This document shows positions 33,985-41,381 of a stretch of DNA of 41,381 nt, piece by piece. The stretch's first letter is position 1, and every line of letters starts with the position of its first letter. The translations under genes and the position numbers were made by a program. The notes under the pieces are model-generated. The model saw only the letters and a program-made list of their open reading frames with translations, was not told where the DNA came from and ran no database searches. This stretch comes from Malacoraja senta (Eukaryota), in NCBI GenBank assembly GCA_038087875.1, contig JAXLNO010000396.1:124001-165381 (forward strand), written 5' to 3'.

Positions 33985-35005
33985 CTAGCTGTCTACCTAA
34001 TCCAGTATGTAGCTCAGTCTAGCTAGCTACCTAGCTATCCGGTATGTAGTACAGTCTAGCTAGCTACCGAGCTGTCCAAGTATGTATTTCAGTCCAACTA
34101 GCTTCCTTGCAATCCAATATTTAACTATCTAGGTAGCTACCAAGCTATCCAGGTATGTAGCTCCAGTCGAGGTCGCTATATAGCTATCCACTATGTGGCC
34201 TCAGACCAGCTAGCTGTCTAGCTATCCAGTATGTTGCTCAGACTAGCTAGCTATCTATCTATTTATCCATCATGTAGCCATCTCACTAGCTATGTAGCTA
34301 TCCAGTATGTAGCTCAGCCTAGCTAGCTACCGAGCTATACAAGTATGTATTTCAGTCCAGCTAGCTTCCTCGCAATCCAATATTTAGCCATCTAGCTAGC
34401 TACCAAGCTATCCAGATATGTAGCGCTAATCGAGGTCGCTATATAACTATCCAGTATGTTGCTCAGGCTAGCTAGATATCTAGTTATCCAGTGTGTTGAT
34501 CAGTCTAGCTAGCTATCTAGTTATCCAGTATGTTGCTCAGACCAGCTAGCTATCTATCTATCCATTATGTAGCCATCTCACTAGCTACGAAGCTATCCAG
34601 TATGTAGCTCAGTCTAGGTAGCTATCTAGAGCTATCCGGGTGTGTAGCTCAGTCTAGCGAGCTATCTAACTATCCAGTATGTAGCTCAGTCTAGCTAGCT
34701 GTCTTGCTATCCAGTATGTGGCTCAGTCCAGCTTGCTGTCTAGCTATCCAGTATGTTGCCCAGACCAGCTAGCCATCTCACTAACTACGTAGCTATCCAG
34801 TATGTAGCTCAGTCTAGATAGCTATCTAGCTATCCGAGTATGTAGCTCAGTCTAGCTCACTACCTAGCTATCCAGGTATGTAGTCCAATTTGCTAGCTAC
34901 CAAGCTTTCCAGTGTATAGCTATCTAGCTAGCTACCTAGCTATCCAATATGTAGCTATCTTGCTTGCTCCCTAGCTATCCAGTATGTAGCCCCGTCTCGC
35001 TAGCA
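33985..35005 (-). repeat. 37-bp TAGCTA-rich satellite, opposite orientation to 4785-5625
   Basis: Tandem TCCAGTATGTAGCTCAGTCTAGCTAGCTACCTAGCTA-like units. Confidence 0.93.
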
Positions 35006-35327
35006 ACTAAATAAGCATAAAACTAAAACTTCCAATGTATAGTAAGAATATACAGGGCTTTATAATTCGCGACTAAACCGTGAAGGAATAAGATAGGAGG
35101 AATATAATGTGGCTAGGTAATGGAAACCTGTAATCAGTATTTAATACAAGCTTTGTACTTAGGGTTACGCCGACCAACCCGTCCCACACGCGGTACAGGC
35201 CCTCTGCTGGAGGGGCGGGTGATATCATATCAGGCAGTGGTTCAACAGTCTTTGTGGGAGACTTCACGGGTGAGATCACCGGCTATCTAATAGGTGCCAG
35301 TGGCAGTCGGGGGAGGCCCGTCACCCG

Positions 35328-37595
35328 CGTCCTCTCCTCCCCTCTCCCCTCCTCTGCTCTCCTCTCCTTCGCTCTCATCCCCTCTTCCCTCCTCTCATCC
35401 ACATCTCTCCTCTCCCTTCCCTCTCCTCCCATCATCTTCCCACATCTCCTCCTCTCCTCTCCTCTCACTTCCCCTCAAATCCAGCACCAAAGATAATTAT
35501 AATAAGGAGGATGTGAAAGACTGTCTACTCTCCTCCCACCCCCCTCCCTCTCCTCTCCTCACCTCCTCTCGCCTCTCCTCACCTCCTCACTCTCCTGACC
35601 TCCTCTCACCTCTCCTGACCTCCTCTCACCTCTCCTCACCTCCTCTCCACTCCTCCCACCTCTTCTCTCATCTCTTTCCCTCCCCTCTCCTTCCCTCAAC
35701 TCTCACCTCCTATCCACTCCCCACTGCTCTCATCTCTTCTACCCAATCCGCTCCTTCCCTCTCCTCTCCTCTACTCCCCTTTCCTCTCTTCTCCGGCTGC
35801 TCAAATGCAGCAACAAAGATAATTGTAACATGGTGGTGAGATTGTCGCCTTTCTTCTCCTCTCCTTTCTTTCCCTCTCCTCCCCTCGCCCCTCCTCTCAC
35901 TCCCCTCTGCTCTTCTCTCTCCGCTCCTCTCCTTCGCACTTCTCTCCTCCCCTCCCCCTTTCCAACCCTCCTCTCTTCTCCTCCCCTCCTCCCCTCCCAT
36001 TGCCCCCCCTCCCTTCTTCTCTCTCCTCTCCTCCCCTCTCTCTCTCCCCCTCTCTCCTCCCCTCCCCTCTCCTGCCGTCCTCTCCTCTACCTTCCTCTCC
36101 ACCACTCTCCTCTCCTCAGCTCCACTAGCCCCACTCTCCCCACCTCACCTCATCTAATCCAATTTCCTCTCATTCCCTCTCCTCTCTTCCACTCTCCTCT
36201 CTTCCACTGTCCCCTCCTCTCCTCCCCTCCACTTTCCTCTCATCTCCTTCTCTCCCCTCCTCTCCTCCCCTCCCTATCCCTCTCGTCTCTCTCGTCTCCT
36301 CCCCTCTCCCGCCATCTCCTCTCATCTACCCTCCTCCTCCCCTCTCCTCCCCTCCCTTCCTCCCTGCCCTCTTCTCTCCCCCTCTTCTCTTCTCCACTAT
36401 ATCCCCTCCTGCCCTCCTCTCCCCTCTTCTCCACTCTCCTCTTCCATCCTCTCTTCTCATCCTCCCCTCTCCTCTCCTCTCCTCTCCTCTCCTCCCCCTG
36501 CTCCCCCCACTTTCTTCTCCTCCTCTCTCCTCTCCTCTCCCCCTCTCCTCTCATCTATTTCCCTCCGCTCCCTCCACCCCTCTCTCACCTCTCCACTCCT
36601 ATGTTCTCCCCTCCTATACTCCTATCTCCACTCCTATCCTTCCCATCCCTCTCATCTACTATCTTCTCTCCTCCCTCCCCTCAAATACAGCTACAAAGAT
36701 AACGAATGATGTGGAGGGGAGAGATTGTCGCCTTTCCTCTTCTCTTCTCTCTTTCCCTCCACTCCTCACCCTCATCTCCTCACGCCTCATCTTCCCTCAT
36801 CTACTCCTCTTCTCCCCTCACCTCTCCTATCCTATCCTCCCCTCTCATCCCCTCTCTTTTCCCCTCCAGGCTCCTCCACTCCTCGCCTCTTCCCTCCTCT
36901 CCTCTCTCTGCCCCCACTCCACTCTCCTCTCTTACCTCTCCCCTCCTCTCGTCCCCTCCACTCTCCTTCGTCTCCTCCCCACTCCCATCCCCACCCTCTC
37001 CTATACTCTCTTTTATTTTCCTCTCCTCTCTCCCCTCCCCGTTTCTCCCCTCCTCTCCACACCTCCTCTCCTGTTATCTCCTCACTTCCACTCTCCTCAC
37101 TTACTTTCCGCTCCTCTCCCCTCCCAACTCACCTCATCTCTTATTCTCTCTCCTGTCCTCTACTCCCTCCTCTCTTCTCCTCTTGCTACTCCCCGCCCCT
37201 TCTCTCTCTTCTCCTTTTCTTTCCTTTCCTCTCTCCCCTCCGCCCCTCTCCTCTCCCCTCCCATCCTCTCTTCTCCTCACATTTACTTTCTTCTCCTCTC
37301 TTCCCTCCTTCCCTCTCCTCCACTCCTTCCCTCCCCTCTCCTCCTCTCCCCCTCCCCCTATCCTCAACTCTGTCCTCCTCTCACATCCCTTCTCCTCTCC
37401 CCTCGCATCCCTCCTCTCCTGTCCACTCCTCCCCTCTTCACTCCACCCCTCTACCCTCCTCCCACTTCTCCCCACTCCCCTCCTCTCATCCCATCATCCC
37501 CTCTCCTCTCCTCCCCACCCCTCCCTCCTCTCCTCTCCTACATTCTTCTCCTCTTCTCCCCTCTCTCCTTTCCGCCCTCTCCCTCACCTCCCCAA
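35328..37595. repeat. Pyrimidine-rich (CTCCT-type) array, block 1
   Basis: Almost G-free + strand; conserved ~50-bp motifs at 35475, 35801 and 36681. Confidence 0.95.
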
Positions 37596-38224
37596 ACTAT
37601 GAACTCCTTGGGTTGCTCTCAAGACTTTGAGCCTTGTTTTTTTATTCCACTGTAGTTTTTTTTTTATTGAACTTCTTTTTTTGTTTGTTTATTTGACACC
37701 CGTACCAATCAAGGATTGTCGTGATAGTCTATCTGATTAGTAGTGCAACTCCTCTACGCCTTTTGCCTCCCTCTCCAACATTCTAAAAGATTTTACATCA
37801 AAAACAAATTTTATTTTTCGATATCCCTCTTTCACAATAAGTATATAATGAACCCAAACGTATAGAATTACAACAGAAAAAAAAATGTTGTTTGTTCAAT
37901 CCAAATCCTCTAGAAAATGTTCTATGGTTATTGACTAATTGACTATTGAACATTTTCTTTGATGGTTATTGACTAATTGATTATTGTGATGAAATGTGTT
38001 GCTATGCTCATGTGGTTACCAAGAGCCAACAAGCAACAAGTGATGGATAAAATGTGAACAGTTTCATTGTCCTTATTAACCAATTACTGCACTTGGATGA
38101 AAATGGATACACTAAGGTTCACATCTAGAGTGACAGAAGTAAAGAGAGAAATTGATATTAAAATTAATGATTCCGTCATAGGATTTTTGAAACTAAAATA
38201 ACTAAGCTGAACATAATTCCAAGA

Positions 38225-38475
38225 CCAACTCTTATCTGCCTGTACATAATCCATATCCCTCCGTTCCCTGTATATTCATGCGCCTATCTAAACGTCTCTT
38301 AAATGCCACTATTTAATTTTCTTCCACCACAAACTCTGGCAGTGTGTTCCAGGTCCTCTCCAATCTCAAGTTTAAAAAACCTGCTCTGCACATCTCCTTT
38401 AAACTTTGCCCATCTGACCTTATATCTAAGTTCTCTAGAAAATTGATATTTAGGAAAAAAAGGTTTTGACTGGCA
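38225..38475 (-). mobile_element. Old CR1-type 3' fragment
   Basis: Minus strand shows AKFKGDVQSRFF, TGGAACACACTGCCAGAG and GGGATATGGA, like CR1 3' ends. Confidence 0.65.
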
Positions 38476-38504
38476 TCCCAACAACCACCAGGCTATTGAA
38501 CACA

Positions 38505-39010
38505 ATGACTTTGCTATTGAGGGAGTGCAGCGCAGGTTCACAAGGTTAATTCCCGGGATGGAGGGACTGCTACATGCTGAGAGAATGGAGCAGCTGTGCT
38601 TGTGTACTCTGGAATTTAAAAGAATGGGAGGGTATTTTATTGAAACATCTTAGATTATTAAGAGTTTGGAGATGCGAGAGGCAGGAAACATGTTCCCGAT
38701 GTTGGGGGAGTCCAGAACCAGGGGCTACAGTTTAGAAATAAAGGGTAAGCCATTAGAACGGATATGAGGAAACACTTTTTCACGCAGAGAGTTGTGAGTC
38801 TGTGGAATTCTCAGCCTCAGTGGGCGGTGGAGGCCGATTCCCTAGATACTTTCAAGAGAGAGCTAGATAGGGCTCTTAAAGGTAGTGGAATCAAGGGATA
38901 TGGGGAGAAGCCAGGAAAGGGGTACTGATTGTGGATGATCAGCCGTGATCACATTGAATGGCGGTGCTGGCTCTAAGGACCGAATGGCCGACTCCTACAC
39001 ATACTGTCTC
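38505..39010 (+). mobile_element. CR1 3' fragment
   Basis: Colinear with 19735-20235. Confidence 0.88.
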
Positions 39011-41333
39011 CATCCTACCTTCTCTTCTCCCCTCCTCTCCACCACTCTCCTCCACTCTCCTCCACTCTCCTCCACTCTCCTCCACTCTCCTCCACTCTCC
39101 TCCCCTCTCCACCCCTCTCCTCCCCTCTCCTCTCCCCTCACCTCATCTGTCCACTCCTACCAACTCCCCTCTCTCCTATCCTCCCTTCTCCTCTCCCCTC
39201 TCCTCTCCCCCCTCTCCTCCAGTCTCCTCTCCCTTACTCTCCCCTCCTCTGCCTCCCTCATCTCCCTCTCCTCTCGCCCCAGCCCCTCGCTTTTCTCGCT
39301 CCTGCTCTCCTCTACTTTCCTCTCTGCTCTCCCCCTCCTCATCCCTTCTTCTCTCCTCCCCTCTCTCCTATCCTCCCTTCTCCTCTCCCCTCTCCTCTCC
39401 CCCCTCTCCTCCAGTCTCCTCTCCCTTACTCTCCCCTCCTCTGCCTCCCTCATCTCCCTCTCCTCTCGCCCCAGCCCCTCGCTTTTCTCGCTCCTGCACT
39501 CCTCTACTTTCCTCTCTGCTCTCCCCCTCCTCATCCCTTCTTCTCTCCTCCCACATCTCCTCTCCTCCCTTCTCCTCTCCTTTCCCCTCCCCTCCCCTCT
39601 CCTCCTCTCCTCTCATCTCCTCTGCCCCCCTTTCTCCCCCCCTCTCCACCTCTCCACCTCTCTCTTCTGCACCTCTCTCCTCTCCTCACATCTGCTCACC
39701 TCCCCTCTCTACACCTCCTCTCCTCCTCCACTCCCCTCTCCACACCTCCTCTCCTCTCCCCTGCTCTCCTATACTCCCCACTCATCTTCTTTCCTCTCCT
39801 CCTTTACTCCCATTCCCTTCCATCCTCCCACCGCTCTTCTCTCCCCCACATCTCTTCTCTCCATCCTTCTCTCCCCTCCTCTGCCCTCCTCCCCTCATCT
39901 CCTCTCCTACCCTCTCATCTCCCCCCCTCCCCTATCCTCTATCCTCTCTCCTCTCCCCTCCACCCCTATTCTCTCCACCCCTCCTCCCATCGCCTCTCCT
40001 CTCCTCCGCTTCCTATCCCCTCCTCTCCCCTCCCTCTTTCTCCCCACCGTTCAAATCCAGAACCAAAGATAACTAAAATATGGTGTAGGTGAGGCATTGT
40101 GTCCTCTCCTTCCCCCTTTCCTCTAACATCGCCTCTCCGCCTCTCCTCTTCTCACCTCCTCTCTGCTCCCTCTTCACCCTCTCCCCTCCTCTCTGCTCCC
40201 CCTCCCTCTCCTATACCCCTCACCTGTCCTCTCACCTCTCCTCTCCCCTCTTCTCCCCACCCCTCTCCTCTCACTCCTTGCCTCCCTTCTGCACGTCTCT
40301 CCCCTCACCTCTCCTCCTCTCTTCCCTCCTCTCCTTTCCTCCCCTCTCCTCTCCTCTATTTCCCTCTCCGCTACACCCCTCCTCACTCCTCCCCCCCCTG
40401 TCCCCTCCTGTTCACCCCTTTCCACCTCGTCCACCAACCTCCCATCTCTCCTTCCCTCCATTACTCTCATCCCCCCTACCCTCTGTCTCCCTCCCCTCCT
40501 CTATGCTCTCGCCTCCCCTCAAATCCAGCACCAAATTGGTGGAGGAGAGATTGTCTCCACTCCTCCTCACCTCTCCATTCCTCCCCTATCCTCTTGCCAC
40601 TCCACTCTCCTCTTCACCCTCCTCCCCTTTCTACTCCTCTCCCCTCCTCTGCTCCTTTCTCATATGCCCTCCTCCCCTTTCCTCCTCTCCCCATTTCTCT
40701 CCTCTCCCCTCTCATCTCCTCTACTACCTTCCACTCTCCTCACCACTCCGCCCCTCTCTCCTAACCTCCCCTCCCCTCTCCTCTCCCCACCTCCGCCTCC
40801 CTCACCCCCTCCCTTCTCTCCTCTCGCCCCAGCCGCTCGCTTTTCTCGCTCCTGCTCTCCTATACTTTTCTCTCTGCTCTCCCCATCCTCATCCCCTCTC
40901 CTCTCCTCTCCCCTTCTCCTCTCCTCCCTTCTCCCCTCCTTTCCTCCCCCTCCCCTCTCCTCTCTTCTTCCCCCCCCTCTCCACCTCTCTCCTCTCCTCT
41001 CCACCCCTCTCCTCTTCTCCTCTCTCCTCACCTCCCCTCGCCTCTACACATATCCACTCCTCCTCCACCCCTCACCTCCCCTCCACTCTACTCTCCCCTC
41101 TCCTCTCCTCCCCTCCTCTCCTCCTATACTCTCCTCTGCTCCCTCTCCTCTCTCCAGCACCTCTCCTTTCCTCGCTCCTCTCCTCCTTTCCCGCCTCCAC
41201 ATCTCTCTTGCCCCTCTCCTCCCCTCCATTATTCTCTCCCCTCCCCCTTCTCTCCCATCCTCTCTCTACCCCTCTCCACTGCCCTCTTCCCCGCTCTTCT
41301 CCACCCATTCTCTCTTCTCCTCGCCTCTCTTCT
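39010..41333. repeat. Pyrimidine-rich array, block 2, with an internal 192-bp tandem duplication
   Basis: ~39167-39358 repeated at ~39359-39550; conserved motifs at 40051 and 40519. Confidence 0.95.
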
Positions 41334-41381
41334 AAGGAAGTGGCTCTAGAAATCCTGGATGCATTGGTCATAATATTCCAA

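Noticed and set aside
35254..41371. S/P/L-rich and R/E/G-rich ORFs up to 375 aa
   Set aside because: Low-complexity CT tract lacking stops in several frames at once; the node-plus-spacer pattern is also not CRISPR.

Overview
Eukaryotic, repeat-rich DNA. The repeat repertoire suggests a cartilaginous fish, probably a skate or ray (inference). The one host gene I can reconstruct is a spliced PRDM9-like gene on + (about 14437-33869): a short ATG exon, a 124-bp KRAB exon, two linker exons, an SSXRD exon, a Zn-knuckle/PR-SET exon and a 68-bp PR-SET exon. It looks damaged, with an in-frame TAA in SSXRD and two compensating frameshifts in PR/SET. The last SET exon and the C2H2 array are not in the window. 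Its GC-rich promoter has two outward-facing TATAAATAG boxes and is the centre of an inverted duplication. The left arm of that duplication is a relic of the same gene's 5' end that lacks exon 1. The rest comprises a 25-bp CpG-rich satellite with higher-order structure, a 37-bp TAGCTA satellite in two opposite-facing blocks, a near full-length CR1 with open ORF2 and a 29-bp candidate TSD, a truncated sister CR1, Rex1-like and RTE fragments, Penelope-like ends with hammerhead-core motifs, hAT-like ends, a DIRS1-type retrotransposon with intact ITR/ICR termini, and a long pyrimidine-rich array punctuated by a conserved ~50-bp motif. All calls were made by eye; no searches were run.
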